A stretch of 64,000 nucleotides of DNA from an uncultured Chloroflexia bacterium. GTDB lineage: Bacteria > Chloroflexota > Anaerolineae > Promineifilales > UBA4811. Position 1 is the stretch's first letter, and the number at the start of each line of letters is the position of its first letter. Under the pieces are notes generated by a model. The model did no database searches and had not been told where the DNA came from. It saw only the letters and a list, made by a program, of their open reading frames with translations. Shown piece by piece: positions 43,426-55,375 of the stretch. The stretch is from NCBI GenBank assembly GCA_963695825.1, contig CAVOHX010000009.1:1292-65291 (forward strand), given 5' to 3'. Both the position numbers and the translations under genes were made by a program.

Positions 43426-44404
43426 ATGCGTGTATTGGTAACCGGGATCGCCGGTTTTGCCGGGTCATATCTGGCCGAGGAGCTGGTTTCGTCCGGGCAC
43501 GAGGTCTGTGGCACCCGATTGCCGGGAGAGGCTCTGGTCAACCTATCGGCTATCCAGGACAGGATAAGGTTGATCGCCTGTGACGTGACCAGCCGCGCGG
43601 ACGTTCTGCAGGCGTTCGAGCAGGCTCGCCCAGAGTGGGTGTTTCACCTGGCGGGACAGGCTGACGTGGGAGACTCGTACCACAATCCGGGGCTTACGAT
43701 TGACGTCAACGTCAAGGGCGCGACCAACGTGCTAGAGGCTTCCAGGCTGGGGGGCGGCGGAGGGGCGCCGCCGCGCACGGTGATCGTTACCTCGGCTACG
43801 GTCTATGGGTATCTCTCCGAGATTGATCTGCCGGTCACCGAGGAGACCTCCCTGGCCCCGGTGGATACCTACGCGGTGAGTAAGGTGGCATGTCACTATC
43901 TCGGACAGGCGTATTACGAGACCTACGGGGTGCCGGTCATCGAGGCACGGCCGTTTAACCACATTGGTCCGCGGCAACGGCCGGGGTTTGTGGTGCCCGA
44001 TTTCGCCAGCCAGATCGCCGCTATCATGTTGGGGCATCGAGAGCCTGTCATGCGGGTGGGCAACCTGAGCTCGCGTCGGGATTTCACCGACGTGCGAGAC
44101 GTGGCGCGGCGCGTATCTGGCTTTGGCGGAGCGGGGAACGCCGGGCCGCGTGTACCACATTTGTTCCGGAAAGGCGCACGCGATCCAGGAGATTCTGGAC
44201 GGGCTGTTGGCGTTGGCGGGATGCGAGATTCGGGTTGAACCTGACCCGCAGCGAATGCGGCCGGGCAGGATGCCGGTTTTGCTGGGCAGTTACGCTCGCC
44301 TGGTTGCGGACACAGGTTGGTCACCGCTTTTAGGCCTACCGCAGACTCTGTCCGACACGCTGGGGTATTGGGAACAAATGGTGCAGGCAACGGCGGTCGA
44401 GCTG
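43426..44404 (+). CDS. NAD-dependent sugar-nucleotide epimerase/dehydratase. One apparent frameshift near 44107 and no stop before tlyA.
   Basis: [20 protein letters not shown]...YAVSK... The frame breaks after ...DVRDVAR and resumes as [30 protein letters not shown]... in the frame of ORF 44123..45244. Confidence 0.7.
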
Positions 44405-45244
44405 ATGAAAGAGCGCCTGGATCGATTGTTGTTCGGCCGTGGACTGGTTGCCAGCCGCGAGGTAGGAAGGCGGCTGATCATGGCTGGCAAGGTTTGCGTA
44501 GATGGGCAGGTGGTTGACAAGCCCGGCGCCCGGGTCCCGGCAGAGGCGGCGTTGGTTCTGGAAGAAAGCCCGCCTTATGTAAGCCGCGGCGGGCTCAAAC
44601 TGGAAGCAGCGTTGGACGGTTTTCCAGTGCGAGTCGCCGGCGCCATAGCGGCTGACGTCGGCGCCTCAACGGGCGGCTTTACCGATTGCCTGCTGCAGCG
44701 CGGTGCGGCGCGGGTATATGCGATCGACGTCGGCTATGGGCAGTTGGACTGGAATCTGCGCCAGGATGAGCGGGTGGTGGTGGTGGAGCGCACGAACGCA
44801 CGCTACTTGGAAACCCTACCCGAGATGGCAGACCTGGCGGTGGTGGACGCGTCCTTTATCTCGCTCAAGCTGCTGCTGCCGGTCATGCGACGCTGGCTGG
44901 TGCACGATGGCGAGATTGTGGCGCTGATCAAGCCGCAGTTTGAGGCCGGGCGACGGCAGGTTGGCAAGGGCGGGGTGGTGCGCGATCCGGCCGTTCACCG
45001 GGAGGTGCTGGACGAATTGCTCACCTGGGCGGCGACCAACGGACTGGCTCCCCTGGGCCTGATTCGTTCTCCGCTGCAGGGACCGGCCGGCAACGTCGAG
45101 TTCCTGGTTTGGCTCAAGCCGGAGGGCGCTGGCCCCTCACTGGACGAGATGATCAGCCAGGCGCTTGGCGATTTCCCTGATGCGGAGGGCAGCGGCGAGC
45201 CGGCGACAAGACCGTCCCCCGGAGCAGAGAAAGATCAAGGATAA
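44405..45244 (+). CDS. tlyA: TlyA-family rRNA 2'-O-methyltransferase (S4 domain + FtsJ fold)
   Basis: [34 protein letters not shown]...[13 protein letters not shown]...[14 protein letters not shown]... Confidence 0.8.
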   Translation: MKERLDRLLFGRGLVASREVGRRLIMAGKVCVDGQVVDKPGARVPAEAALVLEESPPYVSRGGLKLEAALDGFPVRVAGAIAADVGASTGGFTDCLLQRGAARVYAIDVGYGQLDWNLRQDERVVVVERTNARYLETLPEMADLAVVDASFISLKLLLPVMRRWLVHDGEIVALIKPQFEAGRRQVGKGGVVRDPAVHREVLDELLTWAATNGLAPLGLIRSPLQGPAGNVEFLVWLKPEGAGPSLDEMISQALGDFPDAEGSGEPATRPSPGAEKDQG

Positions 45245-45248
45245 CTCT

Positions 45249-47075
<1,827 letters not shown>

Positions 47076-47300
47076 GCCGATTTTACGGCTTGTTTACGGC
47101 GCCAGGGCCACATTCGGATATCATAGTGAGCAACTGGCCCCTTAACAAGCCCCGACAACGGGGCAAAAAAAGTCGCTTGCCTCCAGGTAAGCGGCCACTT
47201 GTTAGCAGCTCGTAAGATCAACCCTCCCGTCAAACTGGCTGACATTGACGAGTGGCTATTCACCCCCTGAATAGTCGCGCTGACAAGTGCAACTGGACAC

Positions 47301-47340
47301 AGCCCCGCACAGACCCGGCAGCGGGGCTGTTGCTTTGTCA
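47301..47340 (+). terminator. Probable intrinsic terminator between the convergent lepA and 5-FCL genes
   Basis: CAGCCCCGC-12 nt-GCGGGGCTG followed by TTGCTTTGTC. Confidence 0.5.
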
Positions 47341-47374
47341 GCTCAGGCATCCGGATTGGGTAAGGCGTTCTGGC

Positions 47375-47929
47375 CTAATCCGCATGTGCGCGGATGATGC
47401 CGTCCGGCTGCGCCACCCAGTCCATGCGGCAGTCGTGTTCGTCGCACGGTATTTGCAGGTTGCGGTGCATCGGATATCCGATGCCTATCCTGACCGCGTC
47501 CAGTTGGGGCAACAACCGATCGTAATAGCCTCCGCCGAAACCCATCCGGCCGCCCTGATGGTCAAAGCCGACCCCCGGCACCAGCACCAGATCTATGGTA
47601 TGCAGTGGCACCTCGGGGGCGTCGGGCGCTGGCTCTAGCATTCCCCAGGGGTGGCGCACCAGATGGTCCGGCTGGTATACGCGAATGCTCAACCGTCCAC
47701 GCCTCAGGGTGCGCGGCACCGCCCAGGTTTTTTCGGGGTGATCGTCGATCAGTTGTTGGAGGGTGATCTCGTTTCCAAACGCCAGATATGCAAGCACTGT
47801 CTGCGCATTTGCGAATACGGACCACGTCGCCAGGTGGCGACAGACGGCGGCGCTTGCCGCGCAAGTCTCATCGGCCGACAGCGCCAGCCGGTCACGGATC
47901 AGTTTCTGCCTCAAGGTGGGCTTGTCCAT
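47375..47929 (-). CDS. 5-formyltetrahydrofolate cyclo-ligase
   Basis: MDKPTLRQKLIRDRLAL...VLVPGVGFDHQGGRMGFGGGYYDRLL. ATG at 47929. Confidence 0.8.
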   Translation of the reverse strand: MDKPTLRQKLIRDRLALSADETCAASAAVCRHLATWSVFANAQTVLAYLAFGNEITLQQLIDDHPEKTWAVPRTLRRGRLSIRVYQPDHLVRHPWGMLEPAPDAPEVPLHTIDLVLVPGVGFDHQGGRMGFGGGYYDRLLPQLDAVRIGIGYPMHRNLQIPCDEHDCRMDWVAQPDGIIRAHAD

Positions 47930-48000
47930 CGCGGACGATTGTAACCGCAGCCGCTCCTGGCGGCAAGTCGTGCAATTGCACGGAAACTGCCGAAAAACGG

Positions 48001-48028
48001 TTGACAAACGCCCATTGTGCGGTAGAAT
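48001..48028 (+). promoter_or_regulatory. Strong sigma-70-type promoter driving the leader and ABC exporter operon
   Basis: TTGACA (48001-48006), a 16-nt spacer, then TAGAAT (48023-48028). Confidence 0.65.
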
Positions 48029-48042
48029 ATGACGGCTCCAAC

Positions 48043-48153
48043 ATGGGAGCAGAAGTGTTGAAAGGAGCAGGTGCTACTAATATGGTGAGGATCAGGATCT
48101 CTGGAAATGGCAGCGTCCCATTCCCAGGACGCATTGCGCCTGTTGGTAAGTAG
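48043..48153 (+). other. Candidate 36-codon leader ORF inside a ~180-nt leader transcript
   Basis: MGAEVLKGAGATNMVRIRISGNGSVPFPGRIAPVGK*. It starts ~8 nt after the predicted TSS with no SD. An internal AAAGGAG lies 14 nt before the second ATG. It is followed 25 nt later by terminator hairpins. Confidence 0.35.
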
Positions 48154-48177
48154 CTCCAAGACAATTTGGAAATCGCT

Positions 48178-48209
48178 AACCGCGGCGCACTCAGCGCCGC
48201 GGTTTTTTT
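48178..48209 (+). terminator. Intrinsic terminator/attenuator hairpin 1
   Basis: AACCGCGGCGC-ACTCA-GCGCCGCGGTT followed by T7. Confidence 0.7.
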
Positions 48210-48218
48210 ATCCCTCGC

Positions 48219-48253
48219 AGAGCCGCGGCTGTCGCCCGCGGCTCTTTCATTTC
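48219..48253 (+). terminator. Second hairpin sharing the palindromic CCGCGG core with hairpin 1
   Basis: AGAGCCGCGG-CTGTCGC-CCGCGGCTCT followed by TTCATTTC. Confidence 0.45.
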
Positions 48254-48334
48254 AGTCAAGTTGGGGTCGGGCGCCAAGGGATGCAGCAGGATGGATTTCA
48301 GAGGGTGTGGGATGTTGTGCACAGCTACGAGTAA

Positions 48335-50218
48335 TTGGCAGATGGATATGAGACACGGATGGATTTCATGAAGACGACAAGCGCAACATACGATCTTAAA
48401 AACGCAGTGTCTGCGAACCGGCTGGTGGGTCTGTGGCGGATGATGACGGGGTATCGGCTGCCTTACGTCGGCGCGGTTCTTAGCATCGCCGTGGCGGCGA
48501 TTGCCAGGACGAGCACCTTTTTGCTTTTGCGCTATCTGGTTGATGACATACTGGAGCAGGGATTGCACCTGGACAGGCTATGGCTACTGGCATTGGGTTT
48601 TGTCGGTCTAGCCATGGTCGAAGGTGGCGCGACGTTTCTGCGCGGCAAGCTGGCGGCCCAGTCGGCCGAGGGTATCACACGCCGTCTGCGGGACTATTTA
48701 TACGATCACTTGCAGCGGCTGCCATTCGTCTATCACGACAAGACCCGCACTGGAGAGCAGATCGAGCGGGTAACCTCGGACGTGGATGCCATGCGCCGGT
48801 TCTATTCAGAGCAGGCGGTCGAGGTGGGGCGCATTGTGGCGTTGTTCATCTTTAACCTGGTGGCGCTGCTGAGCCTCAACAGCAGGCTGGGGCTCTATTC
48901 GGTGGCGATCATGCCGCCGATTATCGCGCTCTCGTTCTGGTTCTTCAAGCGAGTATCCAAGGCGTACGAGCATTACCAGGAGCAGGAGGCCAAGCTATCC
49001 GCCACGCTGCAGGAGAATCTGAGCGGTGTGAGGGTCGTGCGAGCTTTTGCCCGCCAGGCCTTTGAGCGCGACAAGTTTGAGCAGGACAACTGGGAAAAGT
49101 ACCAGCGCGGCCGCAAGTTGCTGCTGATGCACTCGCTCTACTGGCCCATCTCTGACGTGCTGTGTGTGACCCAAACGTTGCTGGTCTATTACTTGGGCGC
49201 ACGGGCAGCCATCGAGGGTACCATATCGGTGGGAACCTACCTGGCGGTAGCAGGGATGATCATGTGGATCGTCTGGCCGATGCGGAACATGGGTCGGATC
49301 ATCGTCCAGGCATCATCGGCCCTGGTCTCCTACGGCCGGGTGGCAGACGTTCTCGCCGAGGAGCGAGAGGACCTGGTCGCCGGTCGTCACAACGGCCGGC
49401 TGCGCGGCAAGGTAGAGTTTGACGACGTCTGTTTCGAATACCGTGACGGCGATCACGTGCTGGATCACATCACCTTCCAGTGCGAACCCGGGCAAGCGAT
49501 AGCTCTGCTTGGACCAACCGGGTCGGGCAAGTCCAGCCTGGTGAACCTGCTGCCGCGGTTCTACGAGTACAACTGCGGTAGCCTCTTGCTCGATGGACGA
49601 GAGCTGGTTGACTATCCCAAAGGCTGGCTGCGACAACAGATTGGGATTGTAGAGCAGGAGCCGTTCCTGTTCTCGCGCACGATGCGCGAGAACATTGCCT
49701 TTGGCGTGGGACGACAGGTAAACGACGAGGAGATTGAGGAGGCCGCGCGGGCGGCCGCCATTCACGACGTGATACTCTCATTCCCGGATGGGTACGACAC
49801 GCTGGTGGGCGAAAAGGGTGTGACCTTGTCGGGCGGGCAGAAACAACGCGTCGCTATTGCGCGAACGTTGCTCAAGGACCCGGGAATTCTGATATTGGAT
49901 GACTCGACCTCGTCGGTGGATACCGAGACCGAGGCCGTCATCCAGTCGGCGCTCGAGCGATTGATGGAAGGCAGAACCAGTTTCATCATCGCCCACCGTA
50001 TTCAGACGGTGATGCGGGCAGACAAGATTCTGGTGCTGGACCGCGGCCGGATCGTGCAGCAGGGCTCGCACCGCGAGTTACTGCAGCAAGACGGGCTGTA
50101 CAAGCGCATCTACGAGCTTCAGGCTCGTATCGATCAAGAGGTGGAGCATGACCTTGACGAGGTGTTTCTGGACGACAATGGGAACGGCCGCGCCGCTGGC
50201 GAGAACGGCCGGGGTTAA
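48335..50218 (+). CDS. ABC exporter half-transporter (TMD-NBD fusion), subunit 1 of a heterodimeric pair
   Basis: Six TM segments, then Walker A GPTGSGKSS, signature LSGGQKQR and Walker B ILILDDSTS. The real start may be ATG 48359 or 48368. Confidence 0.85.
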   Translation: MADGYETRMDFMKTTSATYDLKNAVSANRLVGLWRMMTGYRLPYVGAVLSIAVAAIARTSTFLLLRYLVDDILEQGLHLDRLWLLALGFVGLAMVEGGATFLRGKLAAQSAEGITRRLRDYLYDHLQRLPFVYHDKTRTGEQIERVTSDVDAMRRFYSEQAVEVGRIVALFIFNLVALLSLNSRLGLYSVAIMPPIIALSFWFFKRVSKAYEHYQEQEAKLSATLQENLSGVRVVRAFARQAFERDKFEQDNWEKYQRGRKLLLMHSLYWPISDVLCVTQTLLVYYLGARAAIEGTISVGTYLAVAGMIMWIVWPMRNMGRIIVQASSALVSYGRVADVLAEEREDLVAGRHNGRLRGKVEFDDVCFEYRDGDHVLDHITFQCEPGQAIALLGPTGSGKSSLVNLLPRFYEYNCGSLLLDGRELVDYPKGWLRQQIGIVEQEPFLFSRTMRENIAFGVGRQVNDEEIEEAARAAAIHDVILSFPDGYDTLVGEKGVTLSGGQKQRVAIARTLLKDPGILILDDSTSSVDTETEAVIQSALERLMEGRTSFIIAHRIQTVMRADKILVLDRGRIVQQGSHRELLQQDGLYKRIYELQARIDQEVEHDLDEVFLDDNGNGRAAGENGRG

Positions 50219-50254
50219 CATCGGATCGCGAAACCCGATCCCAAGGAGTTAGCA

Positions 50255-52135
50255 ATGTCAGAGATACGATTTGAAGAAGAAGAATTCACGACCAAGTTCA
50301 ACGGCAAGACCGTGTTGCGGATCCTGGCGCAGGGCCGGCCGCATTGGCGCTGGGTGGCAGGTTTTCTGGCCCTCATTGCCGTGGTGTCGGTCCAGGACTC
50401 GGTCTTTACTTACGTTAGCAAGCTGATCATCGACGAGGGTATCGTGGCTGGCAATCAAGCCCGGCTGGTCGAGTTGCTGGTCGTTTATGGCGGCATGGCG
50501 CTGGTCCAGGCAATGGCTGTCTTTGGTTTCATCTACCTGGCAGGGGTGCTTGGCGAGCGGATCCATTTCGACCTGCGCAAAAAAATGTTTGACAATCTGC
50601 AAGAGCTCTCGTTCTCGTACTATGATCGCACGCCGGTTGGGTGGATCATGTCGCGAGTGACGTCGGACTCGGGCAAGATATCGGAATTGGTGACCTGGGG
50701 TACGCTTGACGTTACCTGGGCTATCATGAACGTCACCGCCGCCCTCATCTTTATGTCGCTGATCAACTGGAGGCTCGCGCTGACGGTCATGGCCCTGCTG
50801 CCGGTGATGTTCCTGGTGGCGGTGCAGTTTCAAAAGCGGATCATCGTGCACTTTCGAAAGGTCCGCAAGCAGAACTCGAAACTGACCGGCGCCTATAACG
50901 AGAACATCACCGGGGTGCGGGTGGTCAAGGCGCTGCGACGGGAGGAACAGAACCTGTCCGAGTTTGGAGAGCTTTCCTCCAGGATGTATCGCGCTTCATA
51001 CCGGGCAGCTTGGTGGTCGGCGCTCTTTTTGCCAACGGTCCAGATTATCGGGGCGCTCGGACTCGGAACGGTCGCTTATTATGGCGGGCTCCAGACTCAG
51101 GCTGGTACTATGACCATAGGCGGCATCCAGGCCTTTGTCTCGTACATTGCCTTTATGATGTGGCCGATCCAAGATATGGCGCGGGTCTGGGCCTCGATGC
51201 AAGAGGCCATCTCGTCGGCCGAGCGGGTCTTTTCGCTGATCGACGCGGTGCCCGATGTGGCGGACCGCCCAGGGGCGGTAGACCCAGGCTCTATCAGCGG
51301 CGACATCGAGTTCGACCAGGTTGTGTTTTACTATGAGGAGGACAAACCAGTGCTGACCGACCTGACCTTGCGGGTCCGGCAGGGCGAGACGATCGCCCTG
51401 GTTGGCCCCACGGGCGGCGGCAAGTCCACCATCATTAATCTAATCGGTCGGTTCTACGAGCCCAAGAGCGGGGTGATCCGGATCGGCGGCCGGGATTACA
51501 CCGAGCTGTCGCTGCATGCTATCCAGTCCAGGATTGGAATGGTGTTGCAGACGCCGCACCTCTTTTCCGGCACGGTCCGGGATAACATTCGTTACGGCAA
51601 GCTGGAGTCGACTGACGAGGAGGTCGAGGCGGCCGCCCGCCTCGCCCGCGCACATGCCTTTGTCGCCAGGATGGAAAAGGGCTATGACGAAGAAGTGGGC
51701 GAAGGCGGCAACCGGTTGTCGGTGGGCCAAAAGCAGTTGGTCAGCCTGGCGCGAGCCGTGCTGGCCGACCCCGAGATCTTTGTCATGGACGAAGCGACCA
51801 GCTCGGTGGACACGCTGACCGAGGCGCTGATCCAACAGGGAATGGAGGCCCTAATGAAAGGGCGTACCAGCTTTGTCATTGCGCACCGGCTCTCGACCAT
51901 CAAGCGGGCTGACCGCATCCTGGTGATCGAGGACGGCCGCATAACGGAACAGGGCTCCCACGCCGAGTTGATTCGAGCTCGCGGTCACTATTTCGCGCTG
52001 TACACGCGCCAGTTCCGCGAGGAGCGAGATCGCGAGCGCCAACGCCGGATGGAGAAACTCATCTCCGAGTCGGCCGAGGTGAGCAAAGAGCCGGCGGAGG
52101 CGCCGGTCACGGCCCAAGCGGTGGGGCGGGCGTAG
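50255..52135 (+). CDS. ABC exporter half-transporter (TMD-NBD fusion), subunit 2
   Basis: Walker A GPTGGGKST, signature LSVGQKQL and Walker B IFVMDEATS. 626 aa, intact. Confidence 0.85.
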   Translation: MSEIRFEEEEFTTKFNGKTVLRILAQGRPHWRWVAGFLALIAVVSVQDSVFTYVSKLIIDEGIVAGNQARLVELLVVYGGMALVQAMAVFGFIYLAGVLGERIHFDLRKKMFDNLQELSFSYYDRTPVGWIMSRVTSDSGKISELVTWGTLDVTWAIMNVTAALIFMSLINWRLALTVMALLPVMFLVAVQFQKRIIVHFRKVRKQNSKLTGAYNENITGVRVVKALRREEQNLSEFGELSSRMYRASYRAAWWSALFLPTVQIIGALGLGTVAYYGGLQTQAGTMTIGGIQAFVSYIAFMMWPIQDMARVWASMQEAISSAERVFSLIDAVPDVADRPGAVDPGSISGDIEFDQVVFYYEEDKPVLTDLTLRVRQGETIALVGPTGGGKSTIINLIGRFYEPKSGVIRIGGRDYTELSLHAIQSRIGMVLQTPHLFSGTVRDNIRYGKLESTDEEVEAAARLARAHAFVARMEKGYDEEVGEGGNRLSVGQKQLVSLARAVLADPEIFVMDEATSSVDTLTEALIQQGMEALMKGRTSFVIAHRLSTIKRADRILVIEDGRITEQGSHAELIRARGHYFALYTRQFREERDRERQRRMEKLISESAEVSKEPAEAPVTAQAVGRA

Positions 52136-52259
52136 TGCCTGCCCCACACAACCGGGCACTGTGTGGATCCGTCGGTCCGAGAGCGCAGAGCGAGACCCGA
52201 GACGGGCAGCCACGCTGCCCAGGATCAAGTAGAGATAGCAGATCGACAGGGATATAGAG

Positions 52260-53286
52260 ATGTTTGCCGAGAATATGTGGAATATGCTGCCGGCAGGCTT
52301 TGACGTCCGCCCAGCAACCCTGGAGGATGCCGCCGGCGTGACAAAAGTGCTGAACGCGTCAGCGATAGAGTACACGGGCAAGCCGTCCGTGGGAAGAGCA
52401 CGAATTGCGAATCGACTGGCAGCACCCTCACTTTGTGCTAGAGGACGATGCGCGGATAGTGATTGCTCCCGGCGGCGATATGGTGGCTTATGTGGATGTC
52501 TGGGACCCAGAGCCGCACGTGCGGATGTACGGTATGGGACGGGTGCATCCCCGGTTCAAGGGGCGCGGCATTGGCACGGTGCTCAGCAACTGGGTCGCAG
52601 GGCGAGGGCGACAGTCGGTTACCAGAGCGCCTATGGAGGCCCGGGTTGTGCTCTTGCAGAGTGTACTGAACAGCGATCTCGATTCGCAGAGGCTGCTCCG
52701 GCAGCAAGGATACCGGCGGGTGCGCTTTTTTAACCGGATGGTGATCGAAATGGAGTCGCCCCCGCCCGAGCCGAGAGTGCCGAATGGAATCAGCATCCGG
52801 CTGTTTAGACGCGGACAGGAAGAGCCCGCAGTGGTTCGCGCCGTGCGCGATGCGTTCCAAGATCATTGGGGCCATGTGGAAAGCCCATTCGAGGAAGAGC
52901 TGAAGGGGTGGCTACACTGGATGGACAACGATCCGGATTTCGATCCGTCGCTGTGGTTCGTGGCGACCGATGGCGGTGAAATCGCCGGCGTCTCGCTATG
53001 CAATCCCAAATCGACCGAGGATCCTGATTCGGGGTGGGTTAACACGTTGGGTGTACGCCGGCCGTGGCGCCGACGCGGCCTGGCGTTGGCTCTGTTGCAG
53101 CACAGTTTCGGTGAGTTCTATCGCCGTGGCCAGCGCAGGGTGGCCCTCGGTGTGGACGCTGACAGCCTCACCGGTGCGACCCGGCTCTACGAACGGGCCG
53201 GCATGTACGTGCAGCGCCGATACGCGAGCTATGAGTTAGAGTTACGGCCGGGCGCCGACCTGGCGACGCGGTCTGTACAAGACTAG
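52260..53286 (+). CDS. Two-domain GNAT N-acetyltransferase (mycothiol-synthase-like architecture) with one apparent frameshift near 52388
   Basis: MFAENMWNMLPAGFDVRPATLEDAAGVTKVLNASAIEYTGKPS, then in the next frame WEEHELRIDWQHPHF...RFKGRGIGTVL...VRRPWRRRGLALALL. Confidence 0.7.
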
Positions 53287-53343
53287 CGCAAGAGGGTACA
53301 ATCGGATGCAACCACGAGGGGGCGACCTACCTGGTCGCCCCCT

Positions 53344-54703
53344 TTGACTGTCATGATGACGATGGAGAACCTATCAGAGCGAGCGAGGTCATGCCCCAAG
53401 TGCGGCGCGCCGCCACACGCGGGGGAAACATCCTGCCGGGTCTGTGGAGCGGCGCTAGCGCCCTTGGTGGACGCGGTAGCGGCCCCGCAGCCGCTTTACC
53501 TGGCGCTGCCGGTGTTGCGTGGTCAGACATGGATAACTTTTGGTCTGTTGGCGCTCAACGTCCTGGTCTGGCTCGTCATGTCAGCCGCTGGCGGCTCAAC
53601 GGACCCCAATGTGCTGTTGCAGTTTGGGGCCAAGTATGGACCGGCGATACTCCAGGGTGAATACTGGCGACTCTTTACCACGATGTTTCTGCACATCGGG
53701 ATGCTTCATCTGGCTTTTAACAGCTATGCCCTGTATGCGCTGGGGTCTGAAGCAGAACGCTTTTTCGGCCGAGAGCGTTTTGTGGTCATTTACCTGCTGA
53801 GCGGCCTGTTGGGCAGCGTTACCAGCTATTTGTTTGATTCGTCGCTGGCGGCCGGCGCCAGCGGCGCCATCTTTGGGCTGGCGGGGGCGTTGAGCGCCTT
53901 TTACCTGCACGAACGGCGGGTCCTGGGCGGGTTGGGCAAGCGGCGGCTGAACAACTTGGTCACTGCGATCATTATTAACCTGGTGATTGGCTATTCGGCC
54001 GCCAACATCGACAACTGGGCGCACCTGGGCGGGCTGGTGGTGGGTTTTGGCCTCGGTTGGGTATGGTCGCCACGGTACAGGTTGACACCCCCCGGACCCG
54101 AGGGGCCTGCGCACGTTCGGGACGACAATTCGCTCGCCCAGAGATGGTGGATCGTGCCGCTGGTGATTGCGTTGGCGGCCGGGCTGACCTGGCTGGGGAA
54201 TTTGCGCGAGGGGAGAACGGCGGCCGGCTTTCGCTATCAAGGCCAGGATTCTATTAGAGGCAGGGGAGTGGGAAGAGGCGATACGCGCTTTCACCCAGGC
54301 GATCGAGCAGGATCCCATGGCCTGGCCCGCGTACCTTTACCGCGCGGAGGCTTACCTTCAGGTCGAGGAACTGGACGCGGCGAACCGCGATTTCGAGACG
54401 GTCATCGACCACCGGCCGCAATCGGATTACCTGGCTATCGCCTATACCGGCCGGGGGCGCATTTACATGTTGCTGGGTCAGCCCCATACGGCGCTGACCG
54501 AATTGGATCGAGCGGTGGCAGCGGATCCAAAAGAGCCGTTTGCGCATTACGTGCGAGGACTGGTTCACTTGGAGATGGATCACCTCGATGAGGCGCAGGA
54601 AGACCTGGAGCACTCTCTGGCGCTAGGCCTTGCCGACGAGCGATCTGTGGAGATTGCCACTCAGGTGCTGGCGACCTTGCAGGAGCCGCCCTCTAGAGAG
54701 TGA
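53344..54703 (+). CDS. Rhomboid-family intramembrane serine protease with an N-terminal zinc ribbon and C-terminal TPR repeats. One apparent frameshift near 54230.
   Basis: CPKCGAPPHAGETSCRVCGA; YWRLFTTMFLHIGMLHLAFN; GASGAIFGL; NWAHLGG. The TPR part is in the frame of ORF 54317..54703 (ARILLEAGEWEEAIRAFTQAIEQDPMAWPAYLYRAEAYLQ...). Confidence 0.75.
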
Positions 54704-55295
54704 CTTCTGGGTCTGCTTCGGGGGATGTTTCGGCCGGCTCGCGATTTCTGTCTTCCCGCCAGCCTGTCCAAAAGGACAGTGGCAAAAGAATAAAGACGGA
54801 CAGGTTGACAAACTGGTCGCACAGGTTGGCGGGCCAGGGAAAGGGGTGGATCATGAAAAAGTCCGTCGCATGTCCCACCAGCACTACCTCTACAGCGTTT
54901 CCCAACGCGCCGATCAGCGCGGCGACGAGCAACCAGTGAACGGTGCGCCCTGCTGAGGAAGGCATGCGGCCCACTTCTCGCGCCAGGTAGACGATGAGGC
55001 CAATCACCGCCAGCCCGGCGACGCCCATCACCAGGCGGTAGGGCAACCACTCTCCGATGGCGCCAAAGAGATAGTGGGAGCCCGTGTTGTAGGTGAGCCG
55101 CCATGAGAAAAAGGGCAAAGGGGTGCTAACCATCGTCTCCTCGGGCAGACGAGCGCTGGCAAGCGCCTTGGTGACCACGTCTGTCAACAGGAGCAAGAGG
55201 CCGAGTAGCACGGCCGGCCGGACCGGGATCGGCCGCAGAGAGCGCTGAGAGGAAGAGTCACTGTCCATGGGGGCAATTCTACCACAGAACGACAT
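54693..55295 (-). CDS. lspA: Lipoprotein signal peptidase (signal peptidase II)
   Basis: …LLTDVVTKALA...SWRLTYNTGSHYLFG...NAVEVVLVGHATDFF…. Confidence 0.75.
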   Translation of the reverse strand: MSFCGRIAPMDSDSSSQRSLRPIPVRPAVLLGLLLLLTDVVTKALASARLPEETMVSTPLPFFSWRLTYNTGSHYLFGAIGEWLPYRLVMGVAGLAVIGLIVYLAREVGRMPSSAGRTVHWLLVAALIGALGNAVEVVLVGHATDFFMIHPFPWPANLCDQFVNLSVFILLPLSFWTGWREDRNREPAETSPEADPEVTL

Positions 55296-55318
55296 GTTGG
55301 CTGGTGGCCGTTGATCAC

Positions 55319-55348
55319 TTGACCAAACGACATAATCCGGTGTAAAAT
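55319..55348 (+). promoter_or_regulatory. Possible promoter of the cNMP-binding protein gene
   Basis: TTGACC (55319-55324), an 18-nt spacer, then TAAAAT (55343-55348). AAGGAGG precedes the ATG at 55376. Confidence 0.35.
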
Positions 55349-55375
55349 GTCATCGAGATTTCCAAGGAGGCCCAC

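Noticed and set aside
47150-47185. Hairpin GCCCCG-ACAA-CGGGGC followed by A7 as a terminator
   Set aside because: On the + strand it is followed by A residues rather than U. On the minus strand the T-run precedes the stem. The hairpin at 47301-47340 is the better terminator candidate.
48043-48153. The 36-aa peptide as a RiPP or lasso-peptide precursor exported by the adjacent ABC transporters
   Set aside because: No maturation enzymes (cyclase, protease, radical SAM, LanM-like) are nearby. No acidic residue is available for a lasso macrolactam, there are no Cys residues, and it is followed by a terminator.
48035-48215. 6S RNA (ssrS), suggested by the ~180-nt size and the adjacent 5-formyltetrahydrofolate cyclo-ligase gene, as in the E. 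coli ssrS-ygfA pair
   Set aside because: The element is divergent from, not upstream of and co-oriented with, the cyclo-ligase gene. I could not draw the long end-to-end irregular helix with a central bubble, because the candidate pairings CCAAC/GUUGG and GGAGC..CUACU/AGUAGCUCC are not nested. A leader/attenuator of the ABC operon fits better. An Rfam scan would settle it.
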